Assembly: GCA_964247055.1 (NCBI GenBank)
Contig: OZ176054.1
Span: 10,292,001-10,356,000, forward strand
Direction of reading: 5' to 3'
Source of the DNA: Paragordius varius
Lineage: Eukaryota; Animalia; Nematomorpha
DNA length: 64,000 nt
Part shown: one piece after another, positions 13,132 through 28,300 of the stretch
Position numbering within the stretch: position 1 is the first letter of the stretch
How the letters are laid out: every line of letters begins with the position of its first letter
Translations under genes and position numbers: made by a program
The notes under the pieces: model-generated
Database searches by the model: none
What the model was told of the DNA's origin: nothing
Seen by the model: only the letters and a program-made list of their open reading frames with translations

Positions 13132-15492
13132 CTTAATATTTTTATGTAGACGATCGCATGAGATATGCTGGTAAGTTTTATATTAAAAATTAGTAAATTT
13201 AAAATTTTTTAAATCAAGCGTTATTTAATCTTTAAATAATTTATACATAAGCATCATCTTTTTATAAATTAATAACTTTGGATTAAAATTAACGAATGGA
13301 ATCGATTTATAAATGCATTGAAAATAATAGATTTTACAGTAGCGTAAGATGATAAACAACAAACGGTTTCAATTAAACATTTTTTCCAATATTTTAACAT
13401 GGATTTAGCTTATTTAATTATGAGCACTATTTTTACACAATAAGCTATTGTATATTACACATTATTGAAAGACCATACTATCGATGATGGTAAATAGGAA
13501 ATCATGCTAATATATATGTTAAAAATGGCCACTTAGTATCTGGATTCTATTGTGATTGTGTCCGCTTATATCCTTTAAGTTTTTTAGGCGTAGTTTAAGT
13601 GAAACGTAACAATTCATAATCTTTTAAAAAAACTAAAAAGTATAAATTTTGAGTGTTTGTAAATAGATAAATTCGATAACATTATACCTTATATTTACCA
13701 ATTTTATTTTTAACAATTTTGTAACTTTTTTTCACCAAAAAGGTGAAGAAATGTTAATATAATGTTTCAAAACTGGGAGTTGATTGAAAAGAGCTAATTG
13801 TTAAAAGCTAATATTTTAATTAAGAATTTTGATGCACCAAATAAAATGTAATAAAAATTAAAAAATATTCATTCGCATTCACATTCCTTTTAAAATATTG
13901 CAATCACACATTAGTATTTACCCCTGAAGAGAGAAAAAATATGCTTAAGGATGACTATGGTTGTATTATTGATAATAAAACCTTGCAAGTATGCACAGAA
14001 TATTTGAATATGATCTTAACTAACCAATATCACATATTTTTGGAGTCAGAAAGTAAAGCACTACTGGATACGGTTGTTGAAATTAACCGTGTAAGTTTTA
14101 ATCATTATTACAGTAAAAACTGAAACTATGCGGACAAATATTCTTTTTCAAAAGACAACCATACTTTTTATAATTTTTGATATATAAAACATTTAATTAC
14201 AATCGTAAACTACATATGATCGTGCTACCAATTTACATTTCCATTTTATTTTTGCAGTTTAAAACAATCAGTTATACTTAAAAAAATCAAGATTCAATAA
14301 ATATGGTGTCTTTTAGAAAAAAATATTTGTCTTTATATTTTTACATTTTGTCCGTTTAGATTCAATTTTTACTGTGTATATTATTATAAAATTAACAATT
14401 ATTACTGTTTTGATCAATACACTGGTAAAAAGGATATTTATATAATAAAGAATTTGTCTAGATGTAACTTATGTGATCTATTTACAATAAAAATTTTGTG
14501 AAATATATTTTTAGTTATAGAATTATTTTGTTTCAAATATGATAAATTCGTACTAATAAATTTGGCTAGATTCGATAAATTAATTTAATTTAATAAAAAA
14601 ATTTAATTTTGTTTATAATTTAAGTAATAGTTTTTTTATGCGAAATTTATTTTTTATGTTTTTCATTTGAATATATATTAGGATAAAAATTGTTTTACAT
14701 TGGATTTGAATGGAATTACTTTGGAGGATGATGAATACTCTTTGGTATATAAACCCATACCCAACATTGGCAGTTCTTATGGAATATTGGTATTTTCGGT
14801 TGTTGGATCCAATATATCGCATATTTGAATTAACGAAGCTATTGATTGATTCATTATGCCAAATAAATCAAATTTTAATTTGCATCAAATATTCACAATC
14901 AATAATATATAAATGTATCAATGTTCTTGGTATTTAAACTATTCAACATCATCATTAAATTTACCATAATTTTAAAGCAAAGGGATAACAAGAGTATGCT
15001 TGAACCTGGTTAGATTAAATTAGTAGGTCCAAGTGTCTAAAAATTAATAAAACCCTTAATTACTGAGAACTGGGGACGACAAAGTAAAGGTAATGGTAAA
15101 TTTATTATATGTTGTGTGAATGGTGGTTTATAGTAATGATCTATATATATATATATATATCTAAGATAATTAGGTCTAATGTTTTCACATATATCAAGGT
15201 GAGATGTTTGCTTAAATACATTTATCTCAAGGTATAATAATAATATTCACAAGTGGTGGTGAGGTTATAATAATATAATAATAGTACACAGATAAGTTAA
15301 TAGGTTAATATAATAATATATAACGAATGTTGTTTGTGCGGTTAATCTAATCGTGTAATAAAAGATTCTATTCAAATTAGCCTGTCAGTTACCACTCTAA
15401 CAATTACAAAATAAAATTCAATACAAGGATACCTTAAAAATATTTATGTTATTTAACATTAAACTAAAACACATAAAATTAAGATTGGTGTC

Positions 15493-15527
<35 letters not shown>

Positions 15528-18500
15528 CTAAATATTGTTCTTATTAAAACCTGATATTTTAAATTGTAACTAAATTTTTTTCAATATTTTAAGCAATAGT
15601 ATCCCCATAGGAAATACCTTTAATTGCATTATGTCGTTTCTGTATTTGCGAATTCTTTATTTACTATACAACAATAATGGCAAATTTTAAGAGGTTTATT
15701 TAAGCCGTTAAAGAAATACAGGAATAATTAAACCCCAAACCTAGTACTTTATAAATCACTCAAATACAAAAAACGTCTCGCCCAAAACAGAAAGCAATAT
15801 ACTAAACATTGATAGTTGGTATAAAAATACAGACTGAAACCCCAATTTACGGATTTTAGATTTTATCAATCATATTAACAAATTTTTAAAAAAGTGCACT
15901 AGTTTAAACAGAATTATTATTTTAGGCATTAATATTGCTAAATTTAATTTTCTGCACTTTATGTTTATAGCAAATTTAACTGACAATATTAGGTCTAAGA
16001 TAATAACAAATCATAGTGATATATATTTCATTTACTAATGCCTAGTAATGCGTACTTATTTTGTATTAAAAACAAGTGATTAACCCGTTCGGTTCCTAAA
16101 ATATAAATAAAAAATATAATCTACATACGAAAAGCAAAATAATATTTTTTTTAAAAAGCTCCGTAAGTCCCAAATTTTTTCGCTCTTCGAAATTGAGTAT
16201 CTTAAAATAAACACAAAATGCCGAGATTGGGCGATAAAAATGTTAAATACATGCTAAATTTTGATATCAATCAAAAACATTTTTAAAAAATGCATATTTT
16301 TTCCAAAATTTATTTTTTAGCTAACTTTTGTTGATGCGGGCTTCATACTATTTTTAGACCTGATGGAAAAAATATAATAACGTTTTGAGATAATATAAAA
16401 ACACTTTTTCTATGTAATTCGATGCTGAACATTTCTATCATCTTAAAATTTTGATTAAAATACTCGATTATCTCCAAATTTATGACAAATATAAATTGTG
16501 TTTTATTAAATTTACTAAAATTTGAACGCAAACGAATCTTTAAATTAATTCTAAGCAATAGAGGCATTATCGAATTTTATAGAGAAAGTGTTATTATCAC
16601 ATCTTAAAGCATTTTTAAACCGTTTCCATAAATATGCGAACCAATTTCGCTTAAAATAAATTTTTGAAAAAAGTTTGCATTTTTACAGTAAAAATTAAAA
16701 TTATTCGGACAAAATGTAAAATTATAAAGACAAATATTTTTTTTAAAAGACATCATATTTATTGAGTGATTTTTCAAAATATAACTGATTGTTTTAAACT
16801 GCAAATTATAACATAGAAATGTAAATTTGTAGCACAATCAATTTTGTAGTTTACGAAAATTATATGTTTTGTATATCAAAAATTAAGATATTAAAAAGTA
16901 TGGTTGTCTTTTAAAAAAAATATTTGTCTTTATATTTTTACGTTTTGTCCGCATAATTTCAGTTTTTACTGTATAAGTAAATTTTTAGCTGAAAATTTAG
17001 CATATATTTAAAATTTTTATTGCCCAATCTCGGCATTTTTGTGTTTTAAGAAAACTTGATTTTAGAACAGCAAAAAAAATGGGACTTTTGGAGCTTATAT
17101 CTACAAATTGAGGTTTTTTAAGTTATATTTTGCTTTATATATGTAGTTTATGATGTATTTTAGTGATATTTGGAATGATTCATTTATCTTTCATCAAAAA
17201 AAAATTATTTAACAAAATGTGCGCTAATATTGCAAGAATTATTTTGAATAATGTTAAATTCTTCATCTATTATTGATTGAAAGTTGTTTATTTAATTCTC
17301 AATTCTGTTTGTTAAATTATTTTAAAATTAGTAATTAAGGCATCACAGACTAATCATTTATGTAATTTTTACAAGTCATATTTTTTATTAAACATCAACA
17401 GAGTTAAAAGTGATCAGAGGATTTGATGGTATAGTAGGCAGGGCTCAGGACTGTGTTTTATGTGCCAGAACCGCTGCGCCATTTTTTCATTATTAAAGTT
17501 TTTAAACAAAAGTCTCTATGCTAAAATGAAAAAAACATAAGTTTTCCATTTAACAAGTCTTAACAATGTCAATATGTTTTATTACTTGATAAAATTGGTT
17601 ATCAAAACATTTGAGTATTTTGAAGTGAGATATTCAAGATGGCATTTATTATGCGCTCAATTTTTGAATTTATACATAATGTATATTACTTGTAAACCTT
17701 GTTCTTCTAAAAATGCTGACAGTACAAAATTGATTATTTAAAAGGTCGAATGGCTGATAAGCCTTTACCATTGTTTTAGTTTAAAATAGATGTACTATTC
17801 TTTTTTCATTTCATTCCATGTGTTGGGATATTGCTTTTCAAGTATTATTGTATAGCTTATTTAGGTCTCTTTTCATTGCTTTTGAGACCCAATAATATAT
17901 CAAGTGAGAGTTTTTATATGTCCCCTACTATTAATATCGCTATAATTTTAATAAAAATATAAATATAACAATATTTTAACTCATTTTGCCTCGGTTAAAA
18001 CCACAAAATAACTAATAAAAGAAATTTTATTGTTTATAAATATATATTTTCAACCATGATTTTATCTATAGCTTTTATCCAATTTATATATTTATAAGCA
18101 AATTAATTAATATTTTTAAAATCCCTTGCAACAATTAAAACACAAATCACAAAAAAAATACTTAATAAAGACTAAAATACTATTTCATTTGGTAAAAAAA
18201 ATATTTGTATTAATGGAGAAGTATACTGCTTTAGATGGGTACTTACTAACGAATAATTATCTGATATTTTAATGTAATACTCGAAAAATCTTTTGTGGAA
18301 CTAAACAAACTTTATTTAAAATTGGGTGTACACCCCCTCACCCCATAAAGATCTTAAACCAGCGCCTGATGATCTTAACCTTTTGAACAAATTCCTTAGG
18401 GGTGCTTCTAATAGGCAAAAAGCAAATAAATTAGTTAAAATATCAATTTTATATCTGTAAAATAAACTTTTGATTATCTATAAACAACTAAATAATTATT

Positions 18501-21500
18501 ATAGTTTCTAAAAATATTATCGCCAAAAAGCCTCAAGGTAAGTTTTTCCATAATTAGGGGGACATAGTGAGGTGAAATAGTGTTTTTACAAAAATCTTAA
18601 TAACCTAGTCGTAATAATCCTTTATAAGATCGAATATTATTAAACCAAAATGCCAATTTTGAAAATATACTATTATTTCTCTTGTTATCAAAATTACTGT
18701 AACAAATTAATTGATAATATTTTATTTGTTTTAAATTATAGATAATATTTAACCAGATTTGTTAAAAAACCGTCTGGTCTTTAATTTCTAATGAAATAGA
18801 ATTCACAATAAAACTAAAAAATCGTATTTTTAATGCGTATACACCTAGAATACTGGAATTTATTTTTTAATAAAGGAATCTTTTACCAAAAAATTATACA
18901 AGATTTCGCTAAGAGAGCGGTAAAACAGTAAAATTTAGTATACAACTTCATACAAATCATATTTGTCTCTCAAAATCTAATGCATTAATTTAAATAATCT
19001 AGGCTTTTAAAGCATAAAATATATAACTTAAATAATAGTTTACCAATAAATTTACTATTGCCATAACTTTTTAAAATTATAATTTTTTTATCGATTTTAA
19101 CGTAAGTTAGGACCTAACCAACCTATATATTAGCCTATGGCAAAATAATCTTAAAACTCACTAAACATCAATTTTTGAGTTTTTTGCTATTATGCATCTT
19201 TTACCCTCAATGTGTCGGATTTCAAAGGTTGCTTCGTTTAAAATAACCTCAACATATTTGATTCTTTAAAAATAAAGGTATATTTTTAGATTTATGCCAC
19301 ATAAGATTCAATGTGTCTGTGGACTTTTCAGAAATCTCACAAAGGTAAATCCATTTTTTAGGAGGTTGGAATTTAAGTTTGTAAGGTATTAAATATGCGT
19401 AAGCATTTTTATAATTTTTTATAATTTCCCTTTTTCATATTAAAACTTAGCTATTCCAAAACTATTTTGAAACGGTTTGTTAACTAAAGAACCTAAAGTT
19501 ACGGTGATAACGTTTATACACTTTAGGGAAAATATTTTTAACTAAAAGTATATTTGTACAGTAGCAAAAGCTGTTTTAAACTATCCTGGTATTTGGCTAA
19601 AAGAGATTTAATTTATAGTTTGTTGGTCGGCATTGTTTTTCAATTTTTAAAGTTACATATTTGGAATGATATTTCATGTTAGCAACGCTTTAATGTATAT
19701 AAGAAAAGGGAAAAAATCTGATACATATCAATTAACATTAAATCCTTTTTAGCCAAATAAATGCTGAAATGACGAAGATTAGCTCTAGTTACTGTATAAT
19801 AATATATACAGTATATACTCTTTGGCAACACATTAAAAAGGCCTACTTTCATAAAAAACTATTCAAAGGCCAATATACATTTATGAATTTGACTTTAATA
19901 ATTATAATTTAACGCATCAATAATAATTTAGACTTACTTTTTAATCTTTTTATTGCTATAGCCCAAGTGTGTCATCCTATTATCCGATAGTTGAACGAAG
20001 TGATTTAAATGGATGTACAGGTATATCGTTAAAACCGCTAATAGTTTGGAAAATAATGTTGCTCCCCTTTTCTAACAACGATGAACAATCAATTAATTTG
20101 ATTCCTACAACACCGATGACTCATGTCAAAAAGATATGGATTTATTTACGGACCCAAGTTTGATCAAAAAAAAATAATTTTTTTATACCACAAAATACAT
20201 AATGGGCATAAAATATTATATTCTTAAAAACTTTAAAAATACCCCTTTAACAAAGAGTCGTATTTATAATGTCTTTATTCAACTAGAAACCAACTATGTT
20301 TGACTCCAGAAAATTAAAATTTTTTTCCAAAATTTAATATTACTATTGGAGGCTCATCAAAAAAATAACTAACTAATATCTTTATTGGTATTTTTGCCAA
20401 AGGGGGTTGCTTTTATCACAAAAAAACTCACTACGAAGTATGGGTACGGTAAAAATAAGCCAAAAACGTTGTAGAGAATGGGTTAATACCTAATTCTTTT
20501 ATTTTATTCACATCTTAACTTTGAAATCAAAGGGAGATTTAGGGAGACTAGGGTTTTCCAATTTACCAAACTTTTAATTATAATACATATGTTTATCGCA
20601 ATTTCCCTAATATGTTCATAGATTTTTTTTAATATTATATAGATGTATCTAGAAATTCCAGTAGAAATAATGAGAATCTCCACCATTTGCGGGTATGCAA
20701 CAGGTCGAGTTAGATTTGGCGATTTCGTTAGTGGTCAAGATACCGAAAGAATCGAAAACCAAACGTGCATTTCGCTTTCCCAATACAAACCTAATTTTTC
20801 ATTCTACCCACTTAATGGAGTATTTGTTTAAATTTAAATTATTTTCCAATAACACAATAAAATTAGCCATTTATTTGTATTTAGCTTATACTGTATCATA
20901 AATATCGGACATCACCCTTAAAAGTGTTTGAAAAATATGATGATGGAGTAATATTTACTGCAACTTTAAACAATACAGGGATCCGATTTCTTACACAATG
21001 GATTGTTAATGTAACTCAAAGTGAATTATACATCAAATCTGGGAATATTTTTCATTGGAACGGATCCCAAAATATTCCTAATATGAATCTACTTTTCCAA
21101 GAATGTGTTGAAATGGACTATTTGGGTAAAATATGGTTTTGCCAGTTCTTAATTTCTCAACAATAATTTTATTTTTTATTCATCGAATGATTTGATCGGA
21201 AAAACCTTTATAATATATGGTTTACAAAAGTAAAACATTTTATAGTGGAAACCCATTCGTCATTATATAATATTGGGGGAAAAAGTTTTTTAAATAATTT
21301 TTTCACAAGAAAACATCATTAAATATGAAACTGCTATTGACATCCGATTATATTTACCAACAAGTAAAAACTTACAGAAGATAGTTTTTAATAGATTAGG
21401 GTTTTATTAGGCATGCTAAAGAAATTATATTGATTAAATATTCCCATCATACAGAATGTTTGTTAAGAAAACGGTTAAATAAAATAAGAAAAAAATATTT

Positions 21501-24500
21501 GATGAGACTTTTCTTAAGCGTTGAAGATACAATTTAAATTGTTTTCAAATTCTAACATGGATGGATAAAAATGTTAATATGTTTTTATTATATCTATTCT
21601 AGATTATATGCTTCATTCCACCCTAAATTTGAGTAGAAAAACTATTTTGGGCAAAAGTTTATGAATTTTAATACAGATAGATTTTTATACGCTTGAACAA
21701 CATATATGCGAACATGTAACGAGTGATGGGGTTTACAATCTTTTAATTGATAATCAATTACACAAGTAAATTTATAAAAGTTTCATATCATTACACGTGA
21801 CTTTATTTTTGAAATTACATTAAGAAATGTTTATAATTCTATTTCCGTATATTCAATATTTCAATTTTCTCAATACTATCTCTACTTATAAAAGTCAGCC
21901 AGCTTTTCACGCATGCAAACAGCTGGCTCCTCGCCCCTTTTTGAAAATATAAAATTGATTTTAGTGTTCGAGTAAGCTTATATGTAAATATAGTTTTAAT
22001 ATAAGAATAATAACTTTTTTAATCACCCCGATTATTTCCATACAATATACGATTTTAAAATTCGATTTGCGAAAAATTCACTGAACATCAGTATTGGGTA
22101 AATTAAGTAATATAATAATTAACTATTGATTCAACTCTAAATCTCTAATACATTAAATATTTTAAAAATAAAAGGGTTTAAGGTAAAAAAATTATTCATT
22201 TTTTCATATTGGGTAACAGATTTGCATGCATAAGGTAATTTTTTATTTTTTGATAACTTGGCGCTAGACATCATATATTTTCAATATAAAAAAAAATAAA
22301 TTGCTATAAAATAATTCATAATATTGTAATTTAGCATCTATGTATATTATTAAATTCTTTAAAAGTGCGTGTCGGATTGAAATAACAAAAAGACATATGG
22401 GTTACTCCCAATAAAAGTCTTATCGGCTTTACAGTTTTATCATTAGACCAGGAATGCCTAATACAAATAGCTTCGCGGGCCGATCTAAAAAATCTTGCAG
22501 GCCGCATTTATAATATATATGGGCAATCATAAATAAATTATTGGATTTAAAACATTTTTTCTAGTTTTTGCCAATTGGATGGATATATTTAAAAAATATT
22601 GCTTAGAAAATGTCAATTTTACTATGATCTTGTGTGCATATTTTGCAAACTATAGATTTCCAAAATTTTCACGGGCCGCATAGTCTTGGAGGGCGGCATA
22701 GGCTCGCGTGTAGGGCACCCCTGGTTTAGACTCATAAATGCCTGACTAAATATTGGTAAATGGAAAAACCATCTATTTTCATTTTGACTCCTCCATAAAT
22801 ATATATATATTTAACAATTAATTTTATAGGGTGCTGCCTTTGTTTTTAGTTTATCATAACATAAATGACACTCAAAATAATATCAGTAGTTATAATATTG
22901 GAACTTATGTAATCCTTCGCACAAAAAGTAAATATTCAACGGCTATAATGGATGAAGAAATTGAACATAGTTTATTTTTTTCGAATCCATACATCAATTT
23001 GAATAATATCCTTGAAAAATGGACATCCTTTATGGCCAAAGGAGAGGTTTAAAAAATTATATTTTTACTTTTAGCTTTGTGTTTTTATTTGATATTTCTT
23101 AGAAATTAAATTAATAATAACATTTATAAGAAAATTAGATCCTTTCTTAATTGAATATAGGGTTGTTGGGTTTAAATTATCATCGCTTAAATACAGTCAT
23201 GTATCCTATATTTTATCAAAAATTTATTTTTTGCGTTAAATGGGTATATATATTTAATAAAGAATGGAAAAAAGAGATCTGTGGTAATAACAATATCATA
23301 TTCATTAAAAAAGTATAAGAATTACCATATAGCTCTTGCTTTTTCCATTCTTTACCAAATATATATACCCATTTACCGAAAAAAAATAAATTTTTGATAA
23401 AATAAAGGATACATGACTGTAAATATATAATTGAAAACATTTTCGCTACAAGCTGCTTTACTGCGCTAATATTATTTTTAATAAAAAAGTTTTTAATTTT
23501 TCGATAATTTATTAAAATATTGGTAATACATTCAAGATAAATACCATTTTTTTGGTCATTGTTTTAATTAGTAATTATTATATATTATTTTCATCCAAAG
23601 TTCCATTTTAAAATGGGACAACCAGCTCGAAAAGATTGCTATTTTCGATGGATAAACCTGGATAGTAGTGAGATTCAAGAATACTCAATCGCTCAAAACA
23701 CTCAAGTTCTTATTTAATTATTGAGCGTATATATACCATTTACAATTCAAATTCACCCTTAAACAATTTAAATTCACCCTCAAAAAAATTATGTGTTTTT
23801 TTAACTTAAAAATTTATTTATATTTTAATATATTTTTTTAAAATAAAATTTTGTTTATTAAAATAATACTGACAAAATAATAAACTATGCCATAAAGATA
23901 TATTTCATAATAATAATGAGTTATATTAGTTGAAAAACATATAGTTTTTTAGGGTGAATTTGAATTGTTCAAGGGTCAATTTAAAATGTAAATGGTATAT
24001 TGAATAAGCATATGGTGCGGACACAATTCTATAATAAAGATCCACTGCCTGGGACATCAGATTTTATAATTGTAGCTAGCCTATTTCTCAATTAACTATT
24101 CCATCGTGTGACAATACAACATTAAAAATATGAATTTATGTTTATCAAATATCATTTGATAGCTAACACGCAAAATATAATAAACATATCAAAATAAACA
24201 GTGTCATGCTTAAAAAAACATTTTAAAATTCAAATATTGAAATTTTTATATGTGATTCAACGCAATTAGTTGAGGGAAACAGCTAGATTTATTTGTTGGC
24301 ACAAAATTATCTTTTGAGGATTCGTATTAAAGTCTTTGGGATACTTACGAAAATTGTGACTTGTTTTGTCGTAAAAAACCAAAAAAAATTTAGATTATAT
24401 AGCAATGTTTTACTTTAAACTTTTTTTTTCATTCATATCCATATTTTAACAACGATACTTTAAAAAGTTTATAGCATAGCCAACATTAGACAAATTAAAC

Positions 24501-24836
24501 TCTGCCCTTAAAAATCGGAATTAATCACATAATTTCAATCTATGAAAAAATCACACCTAATATATAGCGTTTAAAAGTATTAATTATAGTGTAACTATTT
24601 TAATACGTTTTTAAAATAACTTATATCCATCAATATAGATTGAATTTCAACAACGAGATGATAAATTACGTTTCTTTGTTCGCGATTCCCAGAACAATAA
24701 ATTGCGACAAACGGTTATAACTAGGAGTGTAATTCACTCGTATTCATGCAAAGGTGCTTATCTCAATGCTCAAAACATTAGTATTTTCGATCCGATATCA
24801 CCATTTTATTTGGAGAAAATTATAAAAAAATGTTGA
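9351..24836 (+). CDS. Predicted large multi-exon extracellular/secreted-type protein with S/T/N-rich micro-exon stalk and an FN3-like domain; 5' end not found; may be two genes
   Basis: Frame-consistent exon chains: 9351-9386, 9465-9476, 9503-9550, 9585-9608, 9635-9736, 10062-10255, 10591-10705 (…ANVTRFVVENMEPGDYSIQLQTAY…, resembling FN3 E-F-G strands). Candidate exons: 12740-12757, 13150-13170, 13472-13489, 13915-14090, 18505-18537, 19180-19227. A second chain runs 19290-19344, 19962-20020, 20045-20157, 20643-20819, 20885-21125, 21603-21656, 21681-21765, 22830-23046, 23601-23705, 24639-24836 (TGA). Many N-x-S/T sequons. The link between 14.1 and 18.5 kb is not resolved. Confidence 0.5.
14111..14374. 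mobile_element. MITE family C (TA-CAGTAAAAA termini), Tc1/mariner-like
   Basis: Termini CAGTAAAAAC…TTTTTACTG with internal inverted AAAGACAA/TTGTCTTT motifs. Reverse-orientation sister of 16686-16971. Confidence 0.75.
16090..17225. mobile_element. Inverted-repeat element hosting a nested family C MITE
   Basis: AAAATGCCGAGATTGGGC (~16217) vs GCCCAATCTCGGCATTTT (~17022); AAGCTCC…GTCCCA vs TGGGAC…GGAGCTT. Confidence 0.65.
16686..16971. mobile_element. MITE family C, 286 bp, TA target duplication (further copies ~25011-25300, ~62600-62905)
   Basis: TA|CAGTAAAAATT…AGTTTTTACTG|TA, with long imperfect TIRs. Confidence 0.85.
22449..22723. mobile_element. hAT (Charlie-like) MITE, 275 bp
   Basis: TIR CAGGAATGCCTA / TAGGGCACCCCTG, 8-bp flanks CATTAGAC / GTTTAGAC, and subterminal GCGGGCCG/GGCCGCA motifs. 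A similar lone right end lies at ~49215-49262. Confidence 0.75.
23194..23419. mobile_element. MITE family A (TA-CAGTCATGTATCCT), 226 bp
   Basis: TA|CAGTCATGTATCCT…AGGATACATGACTG|TA, with arms nearly fully complementary. A second, inverted copy is at 52726-52957. Confidence 0.9.
23731..24000. mobile_element. MITE family B (AATTCACCCT subrepeats); further copies ~42795-43075, ~48423-48713, ~60459-60735
   Basis: Perfect 14-bp terminal inversion ATATACCATTTACA / TGTAAATGGTATAT, with repeated AATTCACCCT / AGGGTGAATT motifs in all four copies. Confidence 0.85.
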
Positions 24837-25315
24837 TTCGTCGTCCCTCTGAACAATATAAATTTATGTATTAATATCGAATAGTGCATTGCTATATAAT
24901 GTGATTATATTAATATATAAAATAAATGAATCATATATAAATAAGAATTATATAATGTGCATTGTAAAATGTCTAATACTTTGGTTTAAATGCAAATACA
25001 GGAGGATATACTGTAAAAATTATACCGACAAAATGAAAAATATTAAGACAAAAACTTTTTTTCAAAAGATCGATAAACTTTTTTAAGAATGATTTTTTCA
25101 AAAAAATAATTATTTGTTTTACATTGCAAAGTAATAAAATAGAAATTTATATTGGTAATACAATATCTTATACATTTTACCATTGTAATTAAATTTATAT
25201 AGGAAAAGTAAGGTTATAAAATTTACATTGTCTTTTGAAAAAATATATTTGTCTTTATGCTTAATACGTTTTGTCTTTCGGATAATTCTAATTTTTACTG
25301 TAATTAAACAACATG

Positions 25316-28300
25316 TCATATTTTTTGTTTTCGCTCAAATTTTGTGACATTTCTATAGTTATTTTCAGTCCTTCCAATGGATTTTTCCCTTTGATGAGCA
25401 GTTTTTATCAATGGACTTTTGTGAATCTTACAATCGAATGTTTGGCCCATATACAAAATTTGCAAAGGTGAGTTTGTTTGCAACAATCGAGTTTTTAACT
25501 CTTTAGATATGTATCCTAATGCAACATGTCTTCCTAGGTCCCAACTATAGGCACCGCTCGTTGTAAATCCGATACACTAAAGTGTTAAAAAATAAGGGAA
25601 TATTTTTTAAAACAATTTTTATCAAAAAAACAAAGAGTCAAAAATACAATCGTTTTACCTTTCATTTTGGTCTATAACAGCTAATTAATATAATGTTTGA
25701 CACAAAATTGAAACATTCATCCTAAATAATTTTATTTGAAAATTATCACTATTCAGTAAAATAAATTACCTCGTTATCGAACCACAAGCTTTCATTACCA
25801 TCCAAATCAATTGCATCTATCCCTATGGACTCATGGTTCAAGAGTTGGGTTGATTGTTTCGAGGAAATGTTTTGCATCGTACTATTATTCTCAATGGTAA
25901 AATAACACAAAACTTTATCGGGAAAGTTTGTTTCAATAAACTTCTTTTTTATCTTTGTAAGGTTTGAAGCCCCATTGAAATTTGTGTTTTCGTTATCTAA
26001 CCGTATAAACATACCTAAGCCAGCTTGATACGGATTTGAGTCCATATTCATCTAATTATGTATTAGAAAAACCATTTTATTTTCCTCACAAATTTCATTC
26101 ATTTATACACTTTTCTAGATATTTCCCACAATGTTTGCTATTTAATCACCCTGAGTTTTTATCAAATTCTTTTAAAAATTTGGAGTTGGTATATTAATAT
26201 ATTCACAGTAATCCCCTAAAAACAGTTTCAGCTCATTTGTCAAAATTTTATCAGTGAAAACATTAATTTCTTAAACCAAAAAAACCAAGTTTAAGCATTA
26301 AAAGGGTCAAAAATAATATTAGATATCTACTTAAATTCATGGTAAAAAGCAAAAAATATGCAGCCTTCTCCAATTCTATAAAGCTTATTGACAAAAGTTT
26401 GATAAAATCGACAAAAAATATTCGAAATATAACGATTATTCAAAGCTTCAATCGCAAATATGAATATGAGAAAAGTGTGATACTAATAATTGATTAAGTA
26501 TAATGCAATAAGTATTAGATAATGTTGAATATTATGCTAAAATAAATTACTTCATGAGACCAGGCACGAAAACCCTTTTCGATACGAAGAGAGTTCATAG
26601 CAAAACTTCCTGCACTTTTAATCCCAAACTCTGCGCCCAGTTCCTCCAATAAACGATAAAGGTTAAGAGAATCCACACAATCTGAATACAATTCCCAACC
26701 ATATTCACCTTCATAATAGGAGAATGTTTTTATTTAGATGGACCAAAAATACATTGCTATTTAATAGCAAAAAAAAGATAAAACACCTGTATAACTAATG
26801 TTTAAGGCAATAATGGGATGTTTAATATCATAGGTCCCCATTGATTTTGGAAACGATATTATACGATTTTGCATATGTTGATTTAATGATGATAAATTCT
26901 GAGCCTGCACTGGGTTTACTTTAACATGCCTTAATAGTTTTTCCATAAGATGTGGTGCCAATTTGCCAGCAAAACTTATGCAATGAAAACTTTCCGTCAC
27001 ATTTTGCAACATTATACTCTCAGCGTAATTGGGTGAATTAGAAATGGAATGTTGCAACCATCTATGACATTTTTTAGAAAAAGTAGATAACAAATAAGTG
27101 TTAGATGATAATACCACATTTGTCAAAAAAATGTAATAAAAATCATCACCTAAAATCGTGAAATTCGGAACCAGAACCCGAAAGTAAGAGATATTCATTC
27201 GGTTTAACTTGGCTAACAGTTAATTCCCCGTACACATTTCCACTTTGGGGTGCTATTATGTGGGATATGACAGTTTCTCCCAACTAATTTATATATTGTA
27301 AATTTATTTGACAAAATTAAAGTAAATTACAAGTATTATTATTTTTATTATTACTTTCGGGGTTTTGTTTGCTAATGTTTCGTTCAAAAATTTTGTCAGC
27401 ACATCAGGTGGTGACAAATCTTTATCGATTGTAGATGAGCTAGTATGGAGGTTATTTGAAAGATTATCACAATGTTCCTCCTTTGTTTGTACTAATCCCT
27501 TCTTTTTGAGGCTTAAATAGTATTTAGCGAACGGTGTTAAATCAAACAACCCTATACGTTCTTTAACAGCAAAGTATTCTTGCCTGACACACGCGTCATG
27601 TATATCAGGTTGAGCATAATAAGATGGTTTATATTTGTTTGCAATACCATAAGATTCGTTGGGAGAAGGAATGATATTTTGATGATCGTAGGCCGTATTA
27701 AAATACAGTGGAGTTTCCCAACCTATTACCCATATATATATATATATTAAAAATAAACAGCAATACCAAATAAGAAAGCGGCGTTTTCTAAACCAGTCAA
27801 TAAAGATATTTGCCAATCAATAAAAACGGTTTCATTTTGGATGAAAAATATCAAAACAAAGTATATAAATAACTTTTAACCATTATCAGCGTAATATTAG
27901 GATATTATTTTTTATAAAAACACAATTATTGAATAACGCTATTATATTCCAATGTCCAATCATGGACTTATTCCTTATGAGTATATTTTTTAACTAAATG
28001 AGTATTTTATGGTTTTAAAATATTATTTAGAAAATATTTAACAATATTATTTTATCGATGGTTTGCATTAATAATCCGGGCTAATCTATAGAATCTATAG
28101 TTTCGGATAAAATAATAAAATTTAAAAAAAATACATTTTCTTCTCAAATTGGTCATTTAACACATCAAATTGGAATTTAAGCATTTGCAACTTTAGTCTA
28201 ATTTGTGTAATTTCCCTATTGAAAACAAGATCCAATGACATCTGAAAAAAAAGAAGAGAGTAGCAAGGTTCAGTTGATTTGGTTCAGCGAATTAAATTTA

